From positions 1,116,001-1,180,000 of the forward strand of contig OZ251239.1 in assembly GCA_965240325.2 (NCBI GenBank): a stretch of 64,000 nt of DNA, given 5' to 3'. A program made the translations under genes and the position numbers. This document shows positions 1 through 10,951 of the stretch, piece by piece. Numbering within the stretch: the stretch's first letter is position 1; the number at the start of each line of letters is the position of its first letter. The stretch is from Rebecca billardiae RCC1528. Lineage: Eukaryota > Protista > Haptophyta. Under the pieces are notes generated by a model. It ran no database searches and was not told the DNA's origin. It was given only the letters and a program-made list of their open reading frames with translations.

Positions 1-641
1 TTCGCCTCGGCTCAGAGCAGCGCGCACGCACGCGCCGCCTCAAGGCCAGCCTTGCCGCGCCGCAGCCGGCCGCGCGCGCGCCGTGCGCGGCGCGGTCGGG
101 AAGGAACGGGCGCTGCTGCCGGGCGAGATGGCAAAGGCATATGCGCACGCCATGCCGCCCCGCGGCGCCTAAATGAGCGTGTCGTCGGTCTGTTTGCATG
201 CCTCTTCGACTTGTCACAAATGGTGTGCACGGCTGCGCGGTCGTGACCCTTGTTGGGACGATCATTGAGACACAGAATAGTGCCAGACGGGCACGCGGGC
301 TACTCTTACATGCATGTTCATCACCGCGTGTTCATGTAGAAGTGCTGGGTGCGACGCTTTCCTCGCGCTGATGCTCTTTCATCATCTTCTGCGAGCTCAG
401 GTCTGGCTTCGTGCACGACAAGTGATCAGCACTCGTCAACAGCTGTGCGGATCCGTTCTCGTGCTCTTTCGCGGCGCCGCGGGGCGGCATGGCGTGCGCA
501 CATGCGTTTGCCATCTCGCCCGGCAGCAGCGCCCGTTCCTTCCCGACCGCGCCGCGCACGGCGCGCGCGCGGCCGGCTGCGGCGCGGCAAGGCTGGCCTT
601 GAGGCGGCGCGAGCGTGCGCGCTGCTCTGAGCCGAGGCGAA
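1..641. repeat. Inverted duplication: arm 1-169 and arm 473-641, 303-bp spacer; left arm runs off the window edge
   Basis: The reverse complement of 1-169 matches 473-641 with 3 substitutions seen by eye. Confidence 0.93.
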
Positions 642-1093
642 AGAGGCGTGGCGCAAGTCGCGCGGCGCAGGAGGGCGCCGAATACTCTCCCGCAACAGCC
701 CGTCTGCACGCGCCGGCTTCGCGGGCACATCCGCGCCCGCAGCGCCGTGCCCCGTGCGCTCGCCCCGCCAGCGGAGCACGCCCTCGCCGCCGCCCGCCGC
801 AGGCCGCGGGCAAAAAGGTGTATCCCAACATCCGCCGAGCGCGCCACTGGGGCGCGGGCACCCTTGACTCCCTTGGCTGAGCGGATTCTGTGGGCTGTGG
901 CGCTGGTGCGCAGGCACCGGACTTCGTCAGACTGCCGACCGGGTGAGCGCGCGCCGCGCGCGGTAAGTTCTTGACTTTTCCCGCGCTCGCCGCTCTCCAA
1001 GCTCTCGCACGCCGCCGCCGCGCGGGAAAACGCCACTCAAGGTCTGCTGTGCACCGAGCGCGAGGGCCGCGGCGCCGAACGAGGACAAGCGCG

Positions 1094-2524
1094 ATGCCGG
1101 TGGACCTCGGCCGCCCGCCCCTGCACCCGTCCACCCGCGAGCAGCTGCACGCGATGCGCGCCCGCGCGTCCGGCCGCGCGGCCGAGGCCAGCACGCCGCA
1201 CGTGGCCTCGGAAGCTCTGCTCCTGCTCAGCGGTGGCGGCTCGGCGCACGACGATGAGCCCAGCCGCGGGGCGCAGACTCTGACCGACCGCGCGCCGGCA
1301 GCAGCACGGCGATGGTGCGCACTCACTGCGGTTGGATGCCACCGCGCTGCCGAGCTCGGCATGAGCGGCGCCGAGTGCGCGCGCCTATACGAGTCGATCG
1401 CCATCCTTCGTGAGTTTGAACAGCACCACGACTTCGACGCAGCTGCGGCGATGAGGCCGAGCCGCAAGCCCGCGCGCAAGGAGAAGCGGCCGGCGGGCGG
1501 TCGGTCTGAGCCGACCTCGAGCGCGCTCCGCCGCGACGACTCGGCGGGGCTGCACGCCACTTCCCTCGGTGGCGCGCTCGCTCCCTCCAACTCGCGCGCG
1601 CTGCATGCGCATGAGCACAGGGCCAAGTGCGGCGATGCCAAGGCGGGCACCTCGTTCGCGGCGGCCGCGCGCTCGGCGAGGCGAAGGCGAGCCAACCCAT
1701 GCGCATCCTCCTCGACCGACCCGACGCTTCCCGCCTCCGACCTGGCCCTCGGCCCATCCGCGGCGGCCGCGCGCGCGCGCTCGACTCGCAGCGTTGGCAC
1801 TTCGACGCGCGACATGATCCCACTGAGCAGCCGCAAGGGCATGTCCACGCGGCACTCGCTAGCGTTCCCAGCGCTGAAGGCGAAGAAGGTGAAGCGCCTC
1901 GACCCGGATCCGAACGCAGGGCCGTCGTGCGCGCCAAGGCCGGCAAAGGCCGCCCGAGGCTTGGGCAGCACGCCCGCGACCATGCTGCCCATGCTGCGCG
2001 GCACGGCGCCGCGCGAGGGCACGGCGCCAGCCGCGGCGTGCGAGCTCACGCACGGCGCGTGCGCGAGTCCTCCGAGGCGCGCCGAGCCCAGCCCGGCGCC
2101 GCTGACGCCGACGAGCGGCAACGCAACGCCGTCACCGAAGCGGACACCGCTGGCGGACAAGCCGCACTCTGTCGCGCAGCGCGTCGACCCCGCCCAGTAC
2201 GTCGTGCGTGTGGGCGACACCGAGCGTGATGCCTCCTTTGTCCCCGGCGCGGATTTCGCCACACTGCAGCGGCTGGCGAGCACGGGCGGCGCGGCGCTGA
2301 AAGGGCACGCCCTGCCCGTCGCTGCGTGCGCGCGCGGCGATCTCGACCAGGCTCTACCCGTCGTGCTCGTGGAGCCTGTGTCGTGCGACGACCTGGCAGC
2401 AGAGGCATGCCAACCGCCCATCCGGCGGCCAACGACGGCGACGATGATCCCGGACCAGATGGCGATGCCAGGATCGCGGATGCCGCGCATCCCCTTTCCG
2501 GCCGTCGCAGGCACTATCATATGA
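1094..2524 (+). CDS. Hypothetical Ala/Pro/Ser-rich protein (~476 aa)
   Basis: Long ORF with first ATG at 1094, an AT-rich TTGACTTTTCC patch upstream (~970) and a (TA)n tract after the stop. No domain recognised. Confidence 0.55.
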   Translation: MPVDLGRPPLHPSTREQLHAMRARASGRAAEASTPHVASEALLLLSGGGSAHDDEPSRGAQTLTDRAPAAARRWCALTAVGCHRAAELGMSGAECARLYESIAILREFEQHHDFDAAAAMRPSRKPARKEKRPAGGRSEPTSSALRRDDSAGLHATSLGGALAPSNSRALHAHEHRAKCGDAKAGTSFAAAARSARRRRANPCASSSTDPTLPASDLALGPSAAAARARSTRSVGTSTRDMIPLSSRKGMSTRHSLAFPALKAKKVKRLDPDPNAGPSCAPRPAKAARGLGSTPATMLPMLRGTAPREGTAPAAACELTHGACASPPRRAEPSPAPLTPTSGNATPSPKRTPLADKPHSVAQRVDPAQYVVRVGDTERDASFVPGADFATLQRLASTGGAALKGHALPVAACARGDLDQALPVVLVEPVSCDDLAAEACQPPIRRPTTATMIPDQMAMPGSRMPRIPFPAVAGTII

Positions 2525-2551
2525 CGAGCTGTTCGGAACCACGCGGATATA

Positions 2552-2552
<1 letters not shown>

Positions 2553-2625
<73 letters not shown>

Positions 2626-2660
2626 ATGTATGTATGTATGTATGTATGTATGTATGTATG
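2553..2660. repeat. (TA)n/(TG)n/(TATG)n microsatellite
   Basis: Seen directly in the sequence. Confidence 0.97.
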
Positions 2661-2741
2661 TGTCGCATACATTATTATTATTAATATTCATATAATTAAA
2701 TATATTATCGTACAAACATATACGGCGTGCACAGTACAGAC

Positions 2742-2788
2742 TACAGTTTACGCTAAGAATAAGAGACGCACACAGCTCAGGCAGGCGA
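2742..2788 (+). mobile_element. Family C ~45-bp terminus (TA|CAGTTTACTAAGAATAAGAGACGCACACAGCTCAGGCAGGCGA), Tc1/mariner-like TIR relic
   Basis: Same motif at 28554-28598 (+), 30861-30902 (-), 30909-30936 (-, partial) and 32858-32922 (+). It begins TA-CAGT. Confidence 0.6.
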
Positions 2789-3063
2789 CTCTCTTACAGT
2801 GCGCGCGGAATAATCGGCGGTGCTGCCAGCTGCTAGCAGATCGATGATGGAAATCATAATAAACAAATAAATAAATATAAATATAAATAAATATATATAT
2901 ATATATATTGATATGCGATGATCATCGACTACAATCGTCGTGGACGTTGTGATCGTCGCGCGCCGACGGCGACGTGCATGCGCGCGCCTTCGGAGTCGGC
3001 ACGAGTGTCGAGTCGCATCGCCATGGCGACCGCCGCGTGACGCCATCATTTTTCATCATCACA

Positions 3064-4586
3064 TCATCGCCGCCGCGGCGGTGAGTAGGACCCCGCACCG
3101 CCCGGCGCGAAGAAGTCGCTCGAGCTCACTGTTGCGTGGTACCTGTCCGGACGCATGTCTTCGAGCTCGATGGAGAATCTGTGCGGCCCCATGTCACCGC
3201 CGGACGCCGGTCGGCTCAGCTCAGCGGGCTGCAAAGCGCCCGCCTCTCGGCCGGGGCCGCGCGCGCCAGCCGAGCGCATCGCGTCGGCCGCGGCGGGCCG
3301 CCTCTGCGAGCGCAGCTTCCCGACCATCTCCTCCTCCGCGCTGAGCACGAGCTGCTGGAAGCTCAGCCCCTCTCGCCGGATGCGCAGGAGGACGTGCACC
3401 GTGCCACCGAAGTTCACGAGCAGGAGCGTACACACGAGCACGGCGACGCAGCCGACAGACAGTCTGTGCGCGGCTGCGATGTGCTTCAGGTCGGAGAAGT
3501 GGGAGTGGGGCCTGCGGCGCGGCGCGGCGCGGCGGGGCGGGGGCGGGTGAGCTCGCGGGGCGTGCGCGCGCACCGGCGGCCCCACGCGCGTCCCGCCGCG
3601 CGCCGCACCAGGCGGCGAGCACGACGACGCCCGCGACGCACACAAGGGACAGCAGCGCGTGTGCGAGCAGCGCGCCCTCTCGCCTGCGCGCGATGCCGAC
3701 GTGCGCGAGCAGCGAGAGCAGGAGCGTCGCCGCGCCCGCGAGCAGCATGAGCGGCGGGAACCAGCCTGGCACGTGCTGCCGCGCGGCGGCGACGCCGGCG
3801 TGCTGCGAGCTCCGCGTGAGCAGCAGCACGCCGCCGCTCGTCACGCCGAGCCCCGCAAGAGCGCTGAACACGTTCACGACGAGCATGAACCGAAGGAGGA
3901 AGCACATGAAGCCGATCACGCGCGAGACCTCGGCGAAGGTCCACGCGAGCGCGGCCGCGCCAAGCAGGCACAGCCAGCCGCACAGCCGGCCGTGCGAGCC
4001 CGCGAACGCGAAGAAGGCGCGCAGCGGCGTGGTGGGCGCGCAGTCGTGGTACGAACGCAGCAGCGCCGCCGAGTGCTCCTGATACAGCAGCAGCATGCCT
4101 GCGGACGCGAGCAGGCAGGAGAAGCTGGGCAGCTCCAGCACGCCGAACGCTGCGCGGTAGCGGCGGCGCGCGAGCCGAGCAGGATGGGGCGGCAGGCGCT
4201 CAGCGCCACGGTCGCAGCGCCGGGGCACGGCTCGCGCGCGGCGCGGCGCGGGCGTGCAACACACCGATCAGCGCGTGCACAGCCGTGGCGCACACGGCGA
4301 CGAAGCCCAGAATCGCCGTAATGGCGATGCATGCGCAGACGGCAAACGCCGCGATGAAGGGATCGTAGCCTGGCAGCCAATCGCCTGAGCCGTGCGGGCA
4401 GGACTGCCCGGCAAGCGCAGGCAGGAGCATGCCCAGGGCGGCCATGCTGAGCACCATGAGCGTGAGCGACACTGCAGAGATGGAGAGGCGCGGCGTGCAG
4501 CAGAGCAGGAACGGCGGAAGGACGCGCTGCCAGCTCTGCCGCTCCTGCCGCCGCAGCGCGCGGGCGGCCTCGAACGTCTGGATCAT
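3064..4586 (-). CDS. Multi-pass membrane protein, tetraspanin-like hydrophobic segments; 3 exons (4586-4265, 4149-3609, 3511-3064)
   Basis: GT-AG introns 4150-4264 and 3512-3608 join three hydrophobic ORF segments in frame. Confidence 0.7.
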
Positions 4587-4780
4587 GTGATCACTTCAAC
4601 AACGAGTGGATGGACTGCTGAGCCAGGGCGCCCGCCATCGCCTCCGGCCGGAAGGATTTCTTGCCTCCCGTTCCTCGTCAATTTTCGTTTTTTTCGCACC
4701 TCCTGCGGCGCGGTGGCACCGGACCGCTCGCCACAGCGAGCCGGCTCGTCATCTGTATCTCGACGCCGGCCCCGAGCACG

Positions 4781-5132
4781 ATGGTGCAGGGCAAGCTCAT
4801 CGGACAGGTTGTGAGCGCAAAGATGCAGAAGTCGGTAGTGGTGAAGGTTCCCTACTTCTACTTCCTGCGCCGATTTGAGGTGTGTGCGATCCAACGCGCG
4901 CCTCGCAGCGTGGTCAGCGCGCACCCACGCTCACTCCGAACTCGGCACGCGCGTGCAGAAACGCGTGGTGCGGCACACTAAGTACATGGCGCACGACGAG
5001 TTTGGCTGCCGGGAGGGCGACACCGTGCAGCTCGCCCCCTGCCAGCGGCGCAGTAAGCACAAAACGCACCTGGTGCAGGAGATCTTGAGACGAGCGCCGA
5101 CGTGGCACCTGTCAGCAGGCGAGGAGGCATGA
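4781..5132 (+). CDS. rps17: Organellar (probably mitochondrial) ribosomal protein uS17; intron 4880-4958
   Basis: Bacterial-type uS17 motifs: G.VVS.KMQKSVVV.V ... KYMAHDE ... GDTV ... SKHK. Confidence 0.9.
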
Positions 5133-5689
5133 GCATTCTGCCTGAGGAGGAGATGGATCGAGGAAACGTCAGGCATGCCTCTATGACGAGCCGTGCGAGC
5201 TCTTGGCTGAAATCACTTCAGGCTGCAGCGCCCAGGCGTTGCGGGCGACGGTGGCCCGCCGAGCGGAGCGTCACAGCCGAAACCGAACACAGCTGGTTTG
5301 CTTACGCCTCGCTCAGGTGTGCCAGCCGCGTGCGACGCACCGGATCGCCAACGGGCAGCCGATGCACGGTCGCGCCCCCAGAGGACGAGCGCAACGGCAT
5401 CTGGACTACCCGTCACGACCACATGCTGGCTACTGCATGCGGCATCCCCCGCAGCAGCGGGCCTGGCCTCAACGCACCCAGCATTGAGGCTGCCCGCTGC
5501 GGAGCCGACAGCGGAGCGCACTGGTAGTGACTGAGTGAGTGTTGACTGGTCGCGCCTCGTCGGAGTCGTCCGAGTCGGACTTGGAGTCGTCGGAGGCCAT
5601 GTGTACGGCCACGCGCCTGCTGCTGAGGCTGCTACTGTACATCAGTAGGCGGACCACCAGTCATCGTACGTAACAGTAGTGTGACACTC

Positions 5690-5692
<3 letters not shown>

Positions 5693-5786
<94 letters not shown>

Positions 5787-5860
5787 ATATATTAAATCAA
5801 GAATATATATTTATTATTTAATATATTGGTTTATAATATATATATACTAATATATATATA
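5693..5860. repeat. (TA)n/(TG)n microsatellite and AT-rich tract
   Basis: Seen directly in the sequence. Confidence 0.95.
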
Positions 5861-5862
5861 AT

Positions 5863-8570
5863 GGCCCGCGGTGCAGGGCAGGAGCGCGCAGCGTGGAGCC
5901 CGCACCAGCGGGCCCGAACCACGTTTCAAAAAGATCTTTGATCAAGAAAAAAGGGACGGGGGGCGATTTTTAGGGCTGGCGGAGACCGAGTTTCGAGTTT
6001 TTGAGATCGCATTGAGAGGTCTATCAGGCCAAAAAAAACCGCGCCCAGCTGATTCCCTTAAGTATAAAGTGCGATCTGGACGTCAGCTGGACGTGACATT
6101 AGTGTAACGGTTCGTTACGAGCGCGATTTTAAGTATGAGATTGCCGCCAACCGCCAACCGATAAAAACGGCAAGGCAAGGGATCGGGAAACTTGATCACT
6201 TTTAACTGTGAATAGTAAAAAAAAGCAGCGCGACGAACCCGGGCGCGCCGGCCCTTGATTCATGAGTCTCTCAGCCGCGGTCACGGCTTTCGCTGAGCTC
6301 GCGGCCCGCCTCACTGGCGCCTGTCACCTCGCAGGCGCGCGCCACGGACACATGCGCGACGAGATCGCGGCGGGGGCGGCGAGATCGCGGCGGGGGCGAC
6401 GGGCAACAACCTGCCCGCGGGCGCGTTCGTCACTCGAGGAGCAGCGCGCAAGGGCGAGCCGAGTCCGGAGCACGCTGCGAGCTCGTCGCTCGCCGACCGG
6501 AGCAGTCAGCAGAGCGCGCCGCCCGCCGCCGCCGAGCGAGCGGCGCGGCAGAGCTGATGAGCCGGATGCGCCCGGAGCTCGCGCGGCTGAAGGGCGAGCT
6601 CGAGCACGCGAGCTCGCGCCTCGACGCCGAGCCCGAGCTCCTCCTCAACTCGGTCGACGGCGGCGCGGAGGTCCGGCAGCAGCGTGAGGACTCACAGACA
6701 GTGTGAGTGAGCCGCGCGCAGCTCAGCCTGCCGCTGGCAGCCGCCGTCTTCGAGGCCGACGCGGCGGAGGAGGCGGCGGGCGACGAGATCACGGCGGGGG
6801 CGGCGAGATCGCGGCGGGGGCGACGGGCAACAACCTGCCCGCGGGCGCGTTCGTCACTCGAGGAGCAGCGCGCAAGGGCGAGCCGAGTCCGGAGCACGCG
6901 AGCTCGTCGCTCGCCGACCGGAGCAGAGCGCGCCGCCCGCCGCCGCCGAGCGAGCGGCGCGGCAGAGCTGATTGATGAGCCGGATGCGCCCGGAGCTCGC
7001 GCGGCTGAAGGGCGAGCTCGAGCACGCGAACTCGCGCCTCGACGCCGAGCGCGAGCTCCTCCTCAACTCGGTCGACGGCGGCGCGGAGGTCCGGCAGCAG
7101 CGTGAGGACTCAGACAGTGTGAGTGAGCCGCGCGCAGCTCAGCCTGCCGCTGGTCAGCCGCCGTCTTCGAGGCCGACGCGGCGGAGGAGGCGGCGGGCGA
7201 GCACGGCGGCGCGGTGGAGCAGGCGCGCACGCGCGGCGGCAGGCGCGACGCGCCGCTCGCCTCGTTCCACCGCCCCGAGCTCCGCTCGGTCGGTCTCGGT
7301 GCGCGGCTGCGCAGCCGGCAGGCCGGCGGGCCAGCAGTCTGCAGTGGCGCGCGCTCTCGCTCTGCCGGCACGAGGCGTGCCGGCTGAGCGACCAGCGGCC
7401 CGTCGTCGAGCGCATGGCGCAGGGCGAGTACCTCCAGCAGGTGCGCCCGCTCGCGCGCACGCGCCGGCTCGCGCCGCGCCAGCGCCTCTCGCCCTGCCTG
7501 CGCGCGCGCGCCGGCCGCTAGCTAGTCCCCGCGGCGGCCCGCGGCGACAGTCCTCGGCCCGCCGGCCCGGTGGGCGGCAGTGACTGAGTTGGCGGTGGCA
7601 GCTCAGGACCCGTTGCACGCGTGAGCGCCGAAAAAACGACACTTTGGCAGTGATAGTCATCAGCACCGTCGCCGCATCGTGGGCATGCCGCTGCCGCCGC
7701 CGGCGGCGGCAGCGGGAGCGTGGCAGCAGATCTACCACCTTCCGCGTTACGCGCTGCGTCGTGCGCGCCAGGTGGCAGGTTTCCCAGGTCCGCCGCGCGG
7801 AAGGCAGCGTGAGCGGTCGGCGAGCGCACGGAGATGAGAAGTAAGCGCGCATCGTGAGAGCTTCAGCAGCTTGCCCACGCGCTTCACGAAGGCGGTGTGG
7901 TTGCGTGCGCACGCCTTCTGTACCCGTACCCGCGATCAAAGCGTGAGCCACTCCCTAGGTCTTGCCTGCGCATCGCGGGCCGCGCCTCGTCTCCTGAATC
8001 CTCGTTCACGAGGACAGCACGTGTATCCGTGTACGCGCTCGCGGCCGATGGCGGCTCCCCGCGTCGAGAGCCGTTTGGCTGGAGCCGCATCCAAGGGCAT
8101 GTATCCTCACGGCCCCACCCGATGCTGACGCTGAGGTGGCGTGCTTGCCGAAGGTAGCCGCATTGGCTGATCTCTCTGCCTTTGGGCAACCCTTTGCAAC
8201 CGCGCCGGCTCACGCTGCCAGCGCGCGCGCGGCGTGGCTTCGTGGTGGACACCTGCCCTGGGTTTTGTCGTTCGTTCTCAGCGACGGTTGGGTCGATTGA
8301 CATGCGGATTGGATTGGTGCATTGCGAATCGGCTTCGCAATGCACCATTGCGCTCGGATCGGCGCGGACGTCAGCCATGCGGCAGCGCGAGCGACAAAAC
8401 CGCGAGATTTCATACGCTTGTCGTTTTTTAATACGCTCACGGTTACTCACCCGTGCAACGGGTCTCAGGCGAACTGTTACACATGTCAGACTGAGACAGC
8501 AGCCGACGGAGGGTGCACCGCGGGCCCCGAACTACGTTCGTTCTACGGAAAAAGACCGCGGAACGCGGTC
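5863..8570 (+). mobile_element. Family A non-autonomous element, copy 1 (Helitron2/Helentron-like end structure), carrying a degenerate gene fragment
   Basis: Shares ~145 bp of 5' end and ~55 bp of 3' end with 48427-50689. The 5' GGCCCGCGGTGCA (5863-5875) is inverted at subterminal 8514-8526. Terminal hairpin GACCGCG-GAA-CGCGGTC at 8554-8570. AT-rich flanks. Confidence 0.75.
6356..7200 (+). repeat. ~425-bp tandem duplication of a degenerate coding-like fragment inside element A1
   Basis: 6356-6779 is repeated at 6780-7200 with several small indels. Confidence 0.85.
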
Positions 8571-8846
8571 ATTATAATAATAGAGAGAGAGAGTGCCAGA
8601 GAGATCAGAGAGAGATCGAGTACTCGCGAGCTGCTGATGATGATTAGAGTAAGTGATGCCGCAATCATGCCGCATGACGCGGCGGTGCTAATAATAAGAC
8701 TAGATACGTAGCAGCAGTACTACTGCTATAAATTCGGCATCACTGAGCTAGTAGCAGGCTCGCCTGTCAGCAGTCTGCCATCAGTCTGGCACCGGCGCCG
8801 CGGATGCCGATTACGCCGTCAAGTCACTGGCGCATCAGAGACAGAG

Positions 8847-10575
8847 TCATCGGTCGATCTCCTCTGCCTCGGCGTGTGACTTTGCATTCACCAGGCCGAG
8901 GAGCAACACCAACGGCATCAAGGTGCACCCGATGAGCACGTTGAAGAAAATGGGCCACCCGCGCGCCTGTGGCGCGCGCAGCACGCACCCAGGTCCAGGG
9001 GCACAGGACGGCAGGTGCAGGGGCAGCAACGCGGGTAAGATGGCAGGGGCGACGGCGCAGCAAAGGGGGAGCACGACGAGGCCACTCAGCGCGCGCTCGC
9101 GCTGCACGGCGGAGGCCGCGTGCGGATGCACACACCTGCACGAGCTTGGACAAGGGAAGGCCTGCCATCGCCGCACCGATGTAGGCGATGAGTCCCAGGA
9201 AGCCCTCGGAGGCGCCCACGCTGTTGCGGCCGACCAGCTCGGCCCCACAGAGGCCAATGAGCATCTGCGGCCCGTACAAGAAGAAGCCGACCGCGGCGAT
9301 GGAGAGCCACTGCGCGGCCGCAGAGCCGGCCGGCACGTGCGCTACGGCCGCGAGGGCGGCGGCGACGCCGACGAGGTAGGCGCACACGACGCGGATGCGC
9401 CGGCCGACGCGCCCGTCGCCCGTCTTGCACCGCGAGACGAGTCTGTCGCTCACCGCGCCCGCGACGAGGGAGCCCGCGAGCCCGCCGAGCTCGAGGCCCG
9501 TCACGCGGAGCGCCGCGCTCGCAGCGTTCCCCGCGCGGCCCGTCTCGAGGAGGTAGAAGACGCTCCAGCTCGTCACGCCCTGCCGGATCGCGTACACGCA
9601 CATGTAGCTCAGAGCGAGCAACCAGATGCGCACGTCGCGCAGCACGATGCCGAGGCTGCCCGTCACCTTGCCGGCGGCCGCGTTGGCGCCGGCGGCCTCC
9701 GCGGGCGCGGCGACGAGAGGCTCCTCCACGGCCTTGAAGCCCACGCTCTCCGGAGTCGGGCGTGCGGTGGCAAAGACGAGCATGGCGACGACGATGCCCA
9801 CGAGGCCCGGCGCAAAGAAGCCCGCCCGCCACCCGAGGCTGCGCGCGGCCGTGCCGGCGAGGATGGGCGCGCAGAAGCCGCCCACGTTGTGCGAGAGGTT
9901 CCACAGCCCCCAGTACGTGCCGCGCTCGCCCGAGGCGAACCACGCGGTGAGGATCTTGGCGCACGACGGCGCGCCGCAGCCCTGCATCACGCCGTTCAGG
10001 CACCACAGCGCGCAGAACACGGGCATGGCGGAGGACGCGCCGAAGGCGAGGTTGGCGCACGCCGTCACCAGCAGCCCGCCAGAGAGCAGCGCGCGCGGGT
10101 CGAGGATGTCCCCGAGCACGCCGGCCACGAACTTGGAGACGCCGTAGCACAGGGGGAAGAGAGAGGTGATAAGCCCGATGGCCGTGATATCCAAGGCGAG
10201 GCCCGAGCTCGCCTCCACCATGACGGGCGCCACATACGTGAGCGAGTTGCGAGTCAAATAATAGCACGCATAGCCCACCACGATGCTCACGAACACGCGG
10301 AGGCGCGTGCGCCGGAAGCGAGGCGTGTCGTTGGGCGACGCCACGACAGCTGCATCGCTCATGCGCACGTCGCATCGAGCTGAGAGTCTCTGACGCCTTT
10401 GCGTATGGCCAGCTCCAGCGGAGACAGGCGCAAATGTGTCCATCAAGGGGCGGCGATGGCAGCCACGGGGCAGAGGATGAGCGCGATGCCTGCTTGCGAC
10501 GTGCGAATGACCACGAGATGGCTGCGCGAGCATGAGCAGCATGGCCGCCACGAGGCGGCCGTCCCACCTCATCAT
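8847..10575 (-). CDS. uhpC: MFS organophosphate:Pi antiporter, UhpC/GlpT-like hexose-phosphate transporter with N-terminal signal and transit leader; intron 8967-9135
   Basis: OPA-family motifs: GYACYYLTRNS, YGVSKFVAGVLGD, LNGVMQG.G.P, WF..GERGTYWGLWN.SHNVGG, GFFLYGPQMLIGL. Confidence 0.88.
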
Positions 10576-10951
10576 CGCGGTGAGGGGGCACCCGACGACG
10601 ACGGTTGGCCCAAGGGCCTGGATGTATTTTTTTAATTAAAACTGTTTGAGCAGCAGCTTCGTCGGCGCGCCGCAGCCAGCATGAGGCTGCATGAGCAAAC
10701 CCGGCACGGCCTGACGCGTGCGTACCCGAGTCGGAGTCCGACTGTCGGACTGAGTCTGGCGGCGGGCCTGGCAGCAGCCGAGTGCGGCGCGATCATGCTC
10801 ACCGCGCGGCCGGCGGCACGGCCCCGGCCGCCCGGGGCCGGCGGTGCGTCGGCACGGTCCATGGTGCAAACCGATGGCTGGCCAGCTGGCCGCCGCGCCG
10901 CACCCCTGCAGCCGCGCCCGCTTCCAGGCTGCCGGTGCACGGACGAGTCCC

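Noticed and set aside
2354-2847. ORFs with poly-(YI) or poly-H/M tracts (also near 13030, 35030, 36715, 40820 and 50690)
   Set aside because: These are translations of (TA)n and (CAT)n microsatellites.
5129-5527. ORF overlapping the rps17 stop (ATGA), resembling translational coupling
   Set aside because: No recognisable protein features; likely 3' UTR or a chance ORF.
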